IMG/VR virus record: IMGVR_UViG_3300022178_001959
Location: 1 to 26,734 of that record
DNA from: a virus
Taxonomy: Duplodnaviria; Caudoviricetes
Reading direction: 5' to 3' (one strand)
Length of the DNA stretch: 26,734 bases
Shown here: one piece after another, positions 14,682 to 23,598 of the stretch
How the letters are laid out: each line of letters begins with the position of its first letter
Position numbering within the stretch: position 1 is the first letter of the stretch
The notes under the pieces: generated by a model
What the model was told of the DNA's origin: nothing
Database searches by the model: none
Seen by the model: only the letters and a program-made list of their open reading frames with translations
Made by a program: the position numbers and the translations under genes

Positions 14682-17600
14682 TATGCGTTCCCCATTAAGC
14701 TGCCGATACCGAGAAGATCGCGGTCCTCGGGAAATAAAGCTGCGTAGCGTTCCCGGTCCACGGGTCCGGATGATGAGATAGGCGGCGGAGCGGCCTGGGG
14801 TGGTGGCGCCATTTGTTGCGGAGCCTTCGGCGGTGGGGCTACGGGCCGTGGTGCTTGGACCCTAGGCTGACTTTGGGCGTTTAAGCCAGCCGCCTGTTGT
14901 GCGGCCCTACGCTGCTGCTGCAACCTAAAGTCTTCTTTAGCGCCCGGCACTACAGCGATGTCCGGAGAGATTTGACCTTCTTCTTCAGGTCGCGTTTCAC
15001 GGCCCACGGCTGGAATCAATCTTCTTGGGACGGCAAAGCCTAGTTCTGACAACATGTCCACTACCCGCTGCCCAATGGCCAGCTTCTCTCTTTCGGTCCT
15101 GCCCTCTCTGAGCATGGCGGCCAAGAGTTGTGGGTTTGACATTATTTCGGCCATAACGTCTGTCTTCATAGACGAAGGCAGTTTCGCAAACACATCCCTC
15201 ATGAGACGAGAACCGGCGGAGCCTGCAATAAGCCCGGAGCCCGATCCGCCCGTAAGTTGGGAAACTTTGGCGCCTAAGTTTGAACCGGATATCCTAAGAT
15301 ACATGTCCAAAAGTGGACCGGCCTTGTCGATCAACGGGCCTATCTCCCCACTGGCTTCGCCGGCTTCGTACTTAATCATTTCTGTCAGCGTCTTTTTCAA
15401 GTTGTTTTCTTCAGACTTGGTTATAAGGCCTTTTTCCAGCATCCATCGCATAGGCGTCGTATCAGCAGACATTGCCGCCGGTACTTTTTCAAACAAAGCA
15501 GAATACGTGGCAGAAGGGCTCATGGTGCGACTAGTGCCGCCACCGTACGTAAAGCCCCATTCCAGGATGGACTGCTGTAGACCCTTCATGGCGGATTCTT
15601 TGATGTCTTCCGGAGCGTTGTTCACTACATCAAACAGTCTGTTCAAAGACTTCAGCGGCGTTTTATGTCCTTTCGACATGATAGACGCGATCACTTGCGT
15701 AGGGCTTTCGTTGGTGTCGACCAACAAGTTTTTGAAGTTAATCTCGTTTTTGACTTTTTTGTTGATAACACTGTTCTCATTGGTAACCAACGAGACCGTG
15801 TTTGCTGCGCTGGCAGCGTCCGCTAAATCGTCAGACAAGCCCGGGATCTTTTCCAAGATAAGGGCGTTACGCTCGCGCCAGTCCGCCAACTTTTTAGGAG
15901 AAACTTGACCGGTTTCCGTGTCAAAAATAGAAGCGGCGGCGTTACGGACCATTTTATCGGTAATGTCCGCCAACGAGCCTACGGTTTCTTCCGCATCCGC
16001 CAAGTTTTGTTCCACAAGGAAAGTTCCCACTTCGTGGATGTCGGCCAATCGCAAATAGGTGGGGTTTGAACCGCCCTGAAACAGTTTATCCATAATAAGC
16101 TCAGGAGAAACGCGGTCTGCACCTGTTTTGTCCTTGAGCGACGTTTTACCAACAAAAGCGCGAGTAAATACGTCATTCAGGGCTTTGGAATAGGACCGTG
16201 CGACGGTGTAGGCCGAATCTTTGCCTACGGCACCATCTATGTCGTCCAGTAAAGCGTCCGCCATTGCAAAAGCTACTCCGGCAGCGGGGGCATCCCCAGT
16301 AGCGCGTAGCTTGCGGCCCATAGCTAAAGCATTGCTGCGCATGTCTATGAGTTCGGTTACGCTGGTTTCAAGGGGGATGTCTTTGCCGGGAAATTGCTGC
16401 ACAATCTCTTCGCTTGGAGCATCCCCTGCGTCAAGTCCGTTGTCCACCGCAGTGTCTACGGGCTCGGACACTCTTTTCATGAAGTCTTTTAAGGCCTTCA
16501 GCTGACTGGTAACGTCTTCCCGAGCTTCCTTTGTTTGAGGTAATTTTTCGTCCCAAACCTGCATAAAGCGAGGGCTGTCCAGCGACAAGGAATTGTTGGT
16601 CACGGCATCGTACAGTTTTTTCTCTTTAGCACGAGCTTGCGTTAAACTGCTGTCGATGACGGTAGACAAAGATCGCGACAGGTCCATCGCACCTTCAGCG
16701 GTGTCCCCGCGAACACGAGTAAAAGCCGATAAAACGTTGTCTGTTGCAGAGGTGAGTTTGGTTTCCAAGTTTGATTCAAAGACACTGTTCATTATTGAGC
16801 CGGCTTCTTGAAGAGCTTTTTGGTCGTCGGTATTAATTAACGAGAAAACCATGACCTCCAAAGCGTCCAGCATTTGATTTGCGGCTTGAGTACGGTTCTC
16901 GCCCAACGAGTTGCCTAGCTGGTCCAGTGCGTTTTCGATACCCAGAAGGGTAGGGCTGCCGGTTTTTAACCCGGAAGTAATCTGTATTTTCTCCTGCGTG
17001 ACCGGATCAATAAAGCTTTTATTATCAGACAATGCTTTGATAAGAGCGGGGATGTCTTCTTTGTTCTGCTCCAGCAGCGTGTAGATTTTGTTAACCGCCT
17101 TCTTTTTACGCGCATTCTGAATAGGAGACATCACGGCCTCCATGCCGCCCTGCGTAAAGGTGTCCTTCTGGCTTTTAAACACCTCGGTTATGGACCCCAG
17201 GCGAGTAGCAACCGCAGCTACAGGGTTGGTAAAAGCAACTGCGGCCACACTTCCCCCCATTTCACCCGCCATCCGTGCGCGCCAGTCTCCTGGGGCCATT
17301 CCTTCCGAAAGCGCCGCACCGGCCGTGGCACCTGCTCCGAGTAAAGTTTCTACTAACACCGTGGCGCCAGGAGCTTTTCGCGCTTCCGCGCCCGTTCGAG
17401 CTAAAGCTTTCTCTGAACCCGCCAGCAATCGCTGCAACATAGGGTCTTTCTTCATCGCCGCTTGTGCTTGTTGCGTAGGCGTTAAAGCTTGGTAGGAGGC
17501 TTTTTCGGCAGCGGTCATTGGGCCGACTCGGGTTGCCGCAAGCCTGTTTGCGGCGATGTTTTTTAGGTAAGCTGACGCCCCCATTTCGGCTTTTAAATAA

Positions 17601-18400
17601 TTTGATCCCATCATAAAAGGGAGTGGGAGCCACGCCAGGGCTCCAGCCGCTGTCTTACCTGCTTCGTATTCCGCTCGATACGATGGCAAGATAGGTACTT
17701 CGGGACTAAAGATAGCTTCCTGCGCGTCGCCCCCCATTTCTTGTCCAAACATAAAACCCATCAAACCGCCTATCGTGCCGAGGACGGGAAGGGCTATCTT
17801 CGCGCCCACCGAGACAGGGTTTGAAGGGGCGATAGCTTGCTGTGCCGCCATGCCCACGTTCCAGCCTACGGCCGCGCCCGCTAAGGCGCCGGTTTGCGTT
17901 ACAGCGTCCCGCTTAAATCCTTCTAAAAATGTTCCGCGTTGTATGGGTTTCCCATTGGGGTCCACGGCGAATAACTCGATAATATCGTCCGAGCTTAAGC
18001 GCCGGAGGTTTGGCGACAGGTCTCGTTGGTTTTCCAACATGTCAAAGATAGGCGCTGTGCCGTCCCGAAGGCCTTCAAACGTTATCAGGCCTGGATTCGA
18101 TGCTTCCGCTTCCATGGCCAATTGCTGGGCGAATAGATCCACCGCAGGAATTTTACGGTCGGCAGGGACACCTTCTTGTGTTCCTTCCAACATTTTTAGA
18201 AAGCTCTCAAACTGAGGCTTATCGAAAACAATTTGTGGTAAATCAATGGGCTTGAGTACGCCTACCGAATCGGCAGGCGTTACGGGTGTAGGAGAAGCTA
18301 CCGGAGATGGGGCGCCAACTCCGGGTTGCGCTGCACCGACAACGGGTTCAGCGGGTTCAGTTGCAAAAGGATCTAACGTTTCAATGCCTTGTACTGTCAT
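14681..18400 (-). CDS. large putative internal virion / DNA ejection protein (1239 aa)
   Basis: Size, position in the virion cluster, Gly/Ala-rich hydrophobic segments in the N-terminal third, helical body, Pro/Gln-rich tail ending YAALFPEDRDLLGIGSL. ATGA overlap with the upstream gene. Confidence 0.7.
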   Translation of the reverse strand: MTVQGIETLDPFATEPAEPVVGAAQPGVGAPSPVASPTPVTPADSVGVLKPIDLPQIVFDKPQFESFLKMLEGTQEGVPADRKIPAVDLFAQQLAMEAEASNPGLITFEGLRDGTAPIFDMLENQRDLSPNLRRLSSDDIIELFAVDPNGKPIQRGTFLEGFKRDAVTQTGALAGAAVGWNVGMAAQQAIAPSNPVSVGAKIALPVLGTIGGLMGFMFGQEMGGDAQEAIFSPEVPILPSYRAEYEAGKTAAGALAWLPLPFMMGSNYLKAEMGASAYLKNIAANRLAATRVGPMTAAEKASYQALTPTQQAQAAMKKDPMLQRLLAGSEKALARTGAEARKAPGATVLVETLLGAGATAGAALSEGMAPGDWRARMAGEMGGSVAAVAFTNPVAAVATRLGSITEVFKSQKDTFTQGGMEAVMSPIQNARKKKAVNKIYTLLEQNKEDIPALIKALSDNKSFIDPVTQEKIQITSGLKTGSPTLLGIENALDQLGNSLGENRTQAANQMLDALEVMVFSLINTDDQKALQEAGSIMNSVFESNLETKLTSATDNVLSAFTRVRGDTAEGAMDLSRSLSTVIDSSLTQARAKEKKLYDAVTNNSLSLDSPRFMQVWDEKLPQTKEAREDVTSQLKALKDFMKRVSEPVDTAVDNGLDAGDAPSEEIVQQFPGKDIPLETSVTELIDMRSNALAMGRKLRATGDAPAAGVAFAMADALLDDIDGAVGKDSAYTVARSYSKALNDVFTRAFVGKTSLKDKTGADRVSPELIMDKLFQGGSNPTYLRLADIHEVGTFLVEQNLADAEETVGSLADITDKMVRNAAASIFDTETGQVSPKKLADWRERNALILEKIPGLSDDLADAASAANTVSLVTNENSVINKKVKNEINFKNLLVDTNESPTQVIASIMSKGHKTPLKSLNRLFDVVNNAPEDIKESAMKGLQQSILEWGFTYGGGTSRTMSPSATYSALFEKVPAAMSADTTPMRWMLEKGLITKSEENNLKKTLTEMIKYEAGEASGEIGPLIDKAGPLLDMYLRISGSNLGAKVSQLTGGSGSGLIAGSAGSRLMRDVFAKLPSSMKTDVMAEIMSNPQLLAAMLREGRTEREKLAIGQRVVDMLSELGFAVPRRLIPAVGRETRPEEEGQISPDIAVVPGAKEDFRLQQQRRAAQQAAGLNAQSQPRVQAPRPVAPPPKAPQQMAPPPQAAPPPISSSGPVDRERYAALFPEDRDLLGIGSLMGNA

Positions 18401-21246
18401 CGCTGCGTTCCTCCGGTATTGAGCCGGTTGGCGTCTTGTAAAAACCGCTCCGACTTGGTCATCGTGGGCGCGTTACTTTCGGTTGAGATGGTGTCGCCTC
18501 GGGCAGTCAACGCATCTTCGAATATGGTTATAGCGGCCGTGTATTCCCCCAGTAACCCCTCCAAAGATCCGTGCAGCGTCCTCGCGGCCGTAACCTGCTC
18601 GGGTTTATACTGCTTGGGGTTATTTAAAATATCCGTGGCCCCCATGTAAGCGCCGCTTATTTCGTTTCGAGACGCTATAAGCTGTGCTAAAGCCTCTTGG
18701 TCGCTATTAAAGGTACTGCCTTTAAAATTATCGACCGATTTTTCCAGCATGCCTATGTCGGAAACAAATACTCTTCCGTCTATGCCGCCACGGGCGAGCA
18801 ACAATGTTTGGCGCGCCAACGAGTCTAGCTGTTTAGACGCCTTTGCCACCATTGCGCCTTCTTCGCCTGCAACACCTTTATATATTCCCAGCTCCCCCAG
18901 TACGCCCATAAGAGAGTTCATGCCTCGCATGATGCCTGACTTAAAGCCTACGCCCTTCGTAAGGTCTACGCCGCCAACAATGGTAGTAGCGTCGCCTTTA
19001 AAGGCTTCAAAGTTCACGGTACCGTCTTCGTTAAATCTCTCCGCACCGACAACGGTTTCTATCTTTTGCTGCGGTCTACGGATGGCGTCAGCCGCCGCCC
19101 ATTTAGCCGGTAACTTGCCTCCTGGCTGAGATTCATAGGAGCCTGTTTGAGCATTGAACACCTGCTTAGGTGCTGTAAACTGATTCAACGCCAGTTCAAC
19201 GGTTAACGCTTCGTCTTCTGTCAGGGTTCCTTCTTCGTAGCCTTTCAAAAGCTTGCCGTTATTGAGGATAGCCAGCACGTCGTTTCCAAACGCCACTCCT
19301 TCCGGTTTAGCAAACGCAATCGGCATTGTGCCGCCTTTAACGTAATTGCTGCCCACAAGCTGCGCCAAACGCTCTTTTCCGTCAGGGGTGGAAACATCTA
19401 CCGTAACAACGTCGTTCGGATTACCCGTGTTAACGAGGTTAACAAGGCTCGGCGTCGACGATTCCACGCTTGCAGCGTCTTTTGACAGTACAAACCCTTT
19501 TTTCAGTAGTTGGCGGATTTGATCCGGTCCGTCGGGGCTGTTGGCATACACACTTTTAACGTTTGTAGGGCTACCCGGGTCAATAAAAGACATTATGACA
19601 GGTGTTTTTGGCTCTGATCCGGTAGAAGAGCTGAACGAAACGTCTGTAAGGCCCTTCTGGAAGGCTTCTAGTTCCGCCGCAGTGAAGGACCCTGTTTTCG
19701 ACACACTTTTTCCGTTGGCGTCTTTCCCCTTGACCGTGAACATTTGCGCCAGAGTCAGGTTGGAAGGCTTATCCACCTTGTCGGGCTTAGTGAGGTACTG
19801 GCCCTGCGCCGCATATTCATCGACTAAGCTTTTACCGTTCTTGCTGTTAATGTCTACCTGTGCAATAACTTTTCCATCTGCACCGTAAATAGGCTTGTAA
19901 CTCGGTTCTATCGTACCTTCAGGGGCCTGTGTGGTGTAATTCCCCTCAGCCATCATGGCGCGGTAATCGGCTACGCCTTTTGGGGTGGATGTGTCAAACT
20001 CCACCATTGCGCCCGAGGCCTTGTTGTATACAGGCACGTAGTCAGGTTTAACCAGTGCAGTAGCCTCTTTTGGTTCCGCGGTGGTGTAACCCTGGCGGCG
20101 AAGCTCTTCGGCCCGTTTTTGGCCCTCAACGCTGTTCGTAACAACGGTTTCGGACTTTCCTTCTGGGCTGTAGTACAGCTCTGTTTTTTCTTCGCGTACA
20201 GGCGCCGGTGTTTTGCCCAGCAGGGAACCGAACTGGCTCTGAGCCGCTTGCGCCGCCGCCATGTTCATCTGACGCTTCTCGGCGGCTTGACCTTGCTTAA
20301 ACTCACTTAATCCCGCCGCACGCTGTCCAATATTGCCTATTACAGGTGAAAAAGATTGCGCCAAGCGCTCTCCCGTGGACATATTGCCTTCTTTACGGCC
20401 AGCAAAACTAAGCGCGCCCTGGGCGATGTCAAACAGGATACCCGCTTTGGTCATCCGTGTTTGTTCTTCTAACGCAGCCTCTTGCTGGCGGGGATCAACT
20501 AGTTGGCCGTAAAACGCTTGATTTTGGCCGTATAACTCTTGTAGCCGTGGATCCGCCGCGTAAGGCGCGTTTGCCTGCCCTGCTGTTTCACCGCCATTCT
20601 CAAAGTATTGCACGGGGCCGCCCGCACTAAAATATTGCACCGCGCCCCCTCGGTTAAAATTTACAGGAGCGGGCCCTCCCATGGGAGGCATCATTGCGTC
20701 GGGCGCAGGCCCAGCCGCGCCGACCGTGGACATAATGCCCTCGGCCATCGGACCTTCGATAGGAGTGTCCATAATGGCTGGCGCTAAACCGCCAATACCT
20801 TCGTCAACACCGCTTGCTTCCGCTTCGGCCAACATCAAAGTGGGTTGTACTAGTGCCAACACGGACTCAGGCGTCTGCTGAGCATCCTCCGGGCCTACTA
20901 GACCCGCAAGCTCTTCGTACCGGCCTGCCATCGGAAGGCTGTTGCCTCGAATGCCGTCAATAACGGCGGCGTAGTCGCCCTCGTTTTCCATGCCCCCCAA
21001 AGACTGAGCGTAACCGCCCAGAAGTTGTTCCATCATTGCGGGGTCCATTTGTTCTTGCGCCATGCGCGCAGCTTCCGCTTCGATGTCTTGAGGGGGCATC
21101 ATTGGGGCAGGCATTGGAGGTGGCATTGCACCTTGATCCATTGGCATTGCACCTTGATCCATTGGCATTGGAGCCATACCGCCGTCTTGCATATAAACTG
21201 GTCCGCCGTTACGAAACATCTGTCGACCCATTACATCTCTGTTCAT
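18397..21246 (-). CDS. putative internal virion / ejection protein (949 aa)
   Basis: Met/Pro-rich N-terminus, several xxxGG motifs, amphipathic segment, degenerate 45-50 aa repeats; GAGGT RBS. Confidence 0.7.
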   Translation of the reverse strand: MNRDVMGRQMFRNGGPVYMQDGGMAPMPMDQGAMPMDQGAMPPPMPAPMMPPQDIEAEAARMAQEQMDPAMMEQLLGGYAQSLGGMENEGDYAAVIDGIRGNSLPMAGRYEELAGLVGPEDAQQTPESVLALVQPTLMLAEAEASGVDEGIGGLAPAIMDTPIEGPMAEGIMSTVGAAGPAPDAMMPPMGGPAPVNFNRGGAVQYFSAGGPVQYFENGGETAGQANAPYAADPRLQELYGQNQAFYGQLVDPRQQEAALEEQTRMTKAGILFDIAQGALSFAGRKEGNMSTGERLAQSFSPVIGNIGQRAAGLSEFKQGQAAEKRQMNMAAAQAAQSQFGSLLGKTPAPVREEKTELYYSPEGKSETVVTNSVEGQKRAEELRRQGYTTAEPKEATALVKPDYVPVYNKASGAMVEFDTSTPKGVADYRAMMAEGNYTTQAPEGTIEPSYKPIYGADGKVIAQVDINSKNGKSLVDEYAAQGQYLTKPDKVDKPSNLTLAQMFTVKGKDANGKSVSKTGSFTAAELEAFQKGLTDVSFSSSTGSEPKTPVIMSFIDPGSPTNVKSVYANSPDGPDQIRQLLKKGFVLSKDAASVESSTPSLVNLVNTGNPNDVVTVDVSTPDGKERLAQLVGSNYVKGGTMPIAFAKPEGVAFGNDVLAILNNGKLLKGYEEGTLTEDEALTVELALNQFTAPKQVFNAQTGSYESQPGGKLPAKWAAADAIRRPQQKIETVVGAERFNEDGTVNFEAFKGDATTIVGGVDLTKGVGFKSGIMRGMNSLMGVLGELGIYKGVAGEEGAMVAKASKQLDSLARQTLLLARGGIDGRVFVSDIGMLEKSVDNFKGSTFNSDQEALAQLIASRNEISGAYMGATDILNNPKQYKPEQVTAARTLHGSLEGLLGEYTAAITIFEDALTARGDTISTESNAPTMTKSERFLQDANRLNTGGTQR
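21121..21170. repeat. 21-bp tandem repeat (about 2.4 copies; MDQGAMP)
   Basis: TGGCATTGCACCTTGATCCAT twice, followed by TGGCATTG. Confidence 0.9.
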
Positions 21247-21264
21247 TACCTTGACCTCAATTTG

Positions 21265-23598
21265 TTAGAATAATCCAGCTTGTTTTGCACCGCCGGCTGC
21301 CGCTAAGATGCCGGTGCCTAAGCCTAAGATAGCTTCAGTATTAGAAGCGCCTCCGCCTGTTTTCTGCGACATAGTCTGCGAAGAAGACGGCGCGCCTTGG
21401 TAAATATCAGACAAGAACGCCAAGTCGGCGTAACTCTTGTTTGCGGCTTCCAATTTGTTCTGTCGCTCGGCTTCCAGCTCCGCTTGCTGCTGACCTTGTA
21501 ACTGTTTGCCCATGTTCCATGCAAACTGCGCGTCGCCTTGCTGTAGCGCTTGGGTCTGACCCGCCAATCCAGCCTGTTGAGTACCTATGTCGGCTAAGGA
21601 ACGACCCTGCTCTAAGTTGAGCTGACCGTAATCTGTGCCTAGTGTACCAATACCTTGCCCTAAACTGCCAATAAGTTCTGCACCGCTGAGGCCTAATTGA
21701 CCTCCGGCTTGAGAGCCTTGTATGCCCATCTGCGCCTGGCTTTGACCTAATTGACCCGATTGCTGAGCTAATTGAGCCGCCAACTGCTCCGTAGAAATAC
21801 CCATCTGAGCGGCTCTTGCCGCAAGATCGGCTTGCTGGCCCACGGCTTGTAAGCCTTGCGCGCCTTGCTGCATACTCAGTTGTCCGGCTAACTGAGCCGC
21901 ACTCATTCCGGTTTGAGCCGCTAACTGCTGCAAACTCACGCCTTGTTGCGCCAGAGCCTGTGCATTTGCCGACGCCATTTGCTCGCCACTGAGACCCATT
22001 TGACCGGCCATTTGAGCGCCAGACATTCCCAATTGAGCGGCTTGCTGGGCGTTTTGTTGCTGAATTTGCGCGGCAGACATACCGATTTGACCCGAACTGA
22101 TCGCGCCTTGCTGAGCAAGCTGTTCCGCAGAAAGTTGTTGCTGAGAGGCTTGATTGTAAGCGGACATACCCAATTGACCCTGCTGCTGAGCAGTTTGTGC
22201 CGCCAATTGTTCGCTACTGAGACCCAGTTGGCCCGCAGACTGTGCCGCTGAAATACCTGCACCTGCTCCTTGAGCGCCCAGTGATCCGGTAAGTTGAGCC
22301 GCTTGTTGTTTACGGGCTTGCTGCTGCTCGTAGGCTTGTTGTGCTTGCTGCGAAGCGGTTTGGTAGCCGGCTTGTCGCATTCCTGCGGCGGTACGGCCTT
22401 GCTGCTCCAATATATTACGAGACAATTCTTGCTCAGCAACCGCCTGCCTAGAACCACCAAACGCACCTGCGCTAACGGCTTGGGCGCCCTGCTGTTGTTG
22501 TTGGATATCGCCTGCGCGTCGAACATCTGCCAAAGCTTGCTGCACTGCGGCATCTTCGTACTGGTTCATGTAAGCGCCGGCAGAAGCTGGGTCATACGCA
22601 CCTGTTGTACCCGCCAACCCGGCAATGCCTTGCTGAGCGGTCTGTGTTCCGAGAGCTCCGGCCTGTTGCAAAGCGGTAGCGGCTTGTTGTGTGATGCCTC
22701 GCGCACCTGCAACCGCCTGCTGTGTTTGATTGGCCGCACTCTCGTATGCGCCAATACCGCCGGCACCTGTTTGAGCGGCGGCGGCACGAGCTGCTGCGGT
22801 AGATTGAGCTAAACTTGACTGCGTGCCGGATGCTGCTTGTTGAGCGGCGGCACCTGCTTGAGCCAGGTTTTGCTGACCTTGAGCGGCAGCCTGTTGAGCC
22901 TCGGCACCCGCAAGAGACGTAATGCCCCGAGCAGCGGCCGTGGATTGACCTAATTGACGTGCAGCCGTGTCGCGAGCGCCTGTTTGTCCCGCGTCTGCGG
23001 CGGCTTGACGTGACATCAAAAGCGCCTGACTAACGCCCGCTTGAGATTGTTGCATAACGTCGGGAATAGCTTGTCCCGCAGCCTGCATCTCGGCACTGCC
23101 TTGCGCGGCGGCCTGTCGAGCACGCGTTGCGGCGTCGCCCATTCCCTGCGTAGCGGTTTGCGTAGCATCTGCACCATACTGCAAAGAACTGCCGATACCT
23201 TTCTGAGCGGCAGTCACTTGAGGGCTAACTGCCGCAATGCCTCGGTCTATGGCGGTCTTGGCGTCCTGCTGAAAGGGTAACGCGCCCTTCATTGTACCGC
23301 CGACCGTTTCCTGCCCCGCGCCAATCGCGGTCGCGGAAGACTTTAGGGCGTCCTCATATCCGCCCAGGCCTGCTTCAGCTATGTCTTTCGCATCCAGTTG
23401 CAGTTGCGATAATGCCGCCACCATTTGTTGCGGCAAGGGCTGAGGGTTAACCTTGGTATAAATCGGCTCCCCTGTTTCCTCGTCATATCCCGAAAACATG
23501 CGGCCTTCAATAAGGTTTTTAGCCGATTCCATTAAAGACAGTTTTTTGGCTTCAATATCCGGCGCTTCGCGTTGTACTACTTCGCTCTGGGTAGTCAT
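21265..23598 (-). CDS. Gln/Ala/Gly-rich putative DNA transfer (pilot/ejection) protein (777 aa)
   Basis: YMNQYEDAAVQQAL...AGAFGGSRQAVAE motif typical of podovirus DNA-injection-type proteins; 11/7-residue repeats; C-terminal glycine-rich hydrophobic tail; TAATG overlap. Confidence 0.7.
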   Translation of the reverse strand: MTTQSEVVQREAPDIEAKKLSLMESAKNLIEGRMFSGYDEETGEPIYTKVNPQPLPQQMVAALSQLQLDAKDIAEAGLGGYEDALKSSATAIGAGQETVGGTMKGALPFQQDAKTAIDRGIAAVSPQVTAAQKGIGSSLQYGADATQTATQGMGDAATRARQAAAQGSAEMQAAGQAIPDVMQQSQAGVSQALLMSRQAAADAGQTGARDTAARQLGQSTAAARGITSLAGAEAQQAAAQGQQNLAQAGAAAQQAASGTQSSLAQSTAAARAAAAQTGAGGIGAYESAANQTQQAVAGARGITQQAATALQQAGALGTQTAQQGIAGLAGTTGAYDPASAGAYMNQYEDAAVQQALADVRRAGDIQQQQQGAQAVSAGAFGGSRQAVAEQELSRNILEQQGRTAAGMRQAGYQTASQQAQQAYEQQQARKQQAAQLTGSLGAQGAGAGISAAQSAGQLGLSSEQLAAQTAQQQGQLGMSAYNQASQQQLSAEQLAQQGAISSGQIGMSAAQIQQQNAQQAAQLGMSGAQMAGQMGLSGEQMASANAQALAQQGVSLQQLAAQTGMSAAQLAGQLSMQQGAQGLQAVGQQADLAARAAQMGISTEQLAAQLAQQSGQLGQSQAQMGIQGSQAGGQLGLSGAELIGSLGQGIGTLGTDYGQLNLEQGRSLADIGTQQAGLAGQTQALQQGDAQFAWNMGKQLQGQQQAELEAERQNKLEAANKSYADLAFLSDIYQGAPSSSQTMSQKTGGGASNTEAILGLGTGILAAAGGAKQAGLF

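Noticed and set aside
15054-15908. 284-aa antisense ORF and other plus-strand ORFs across the virion and replication genes
   Set aside because: Shadow ORFs antisense to well-supported genes, with no motifs or translation signals.
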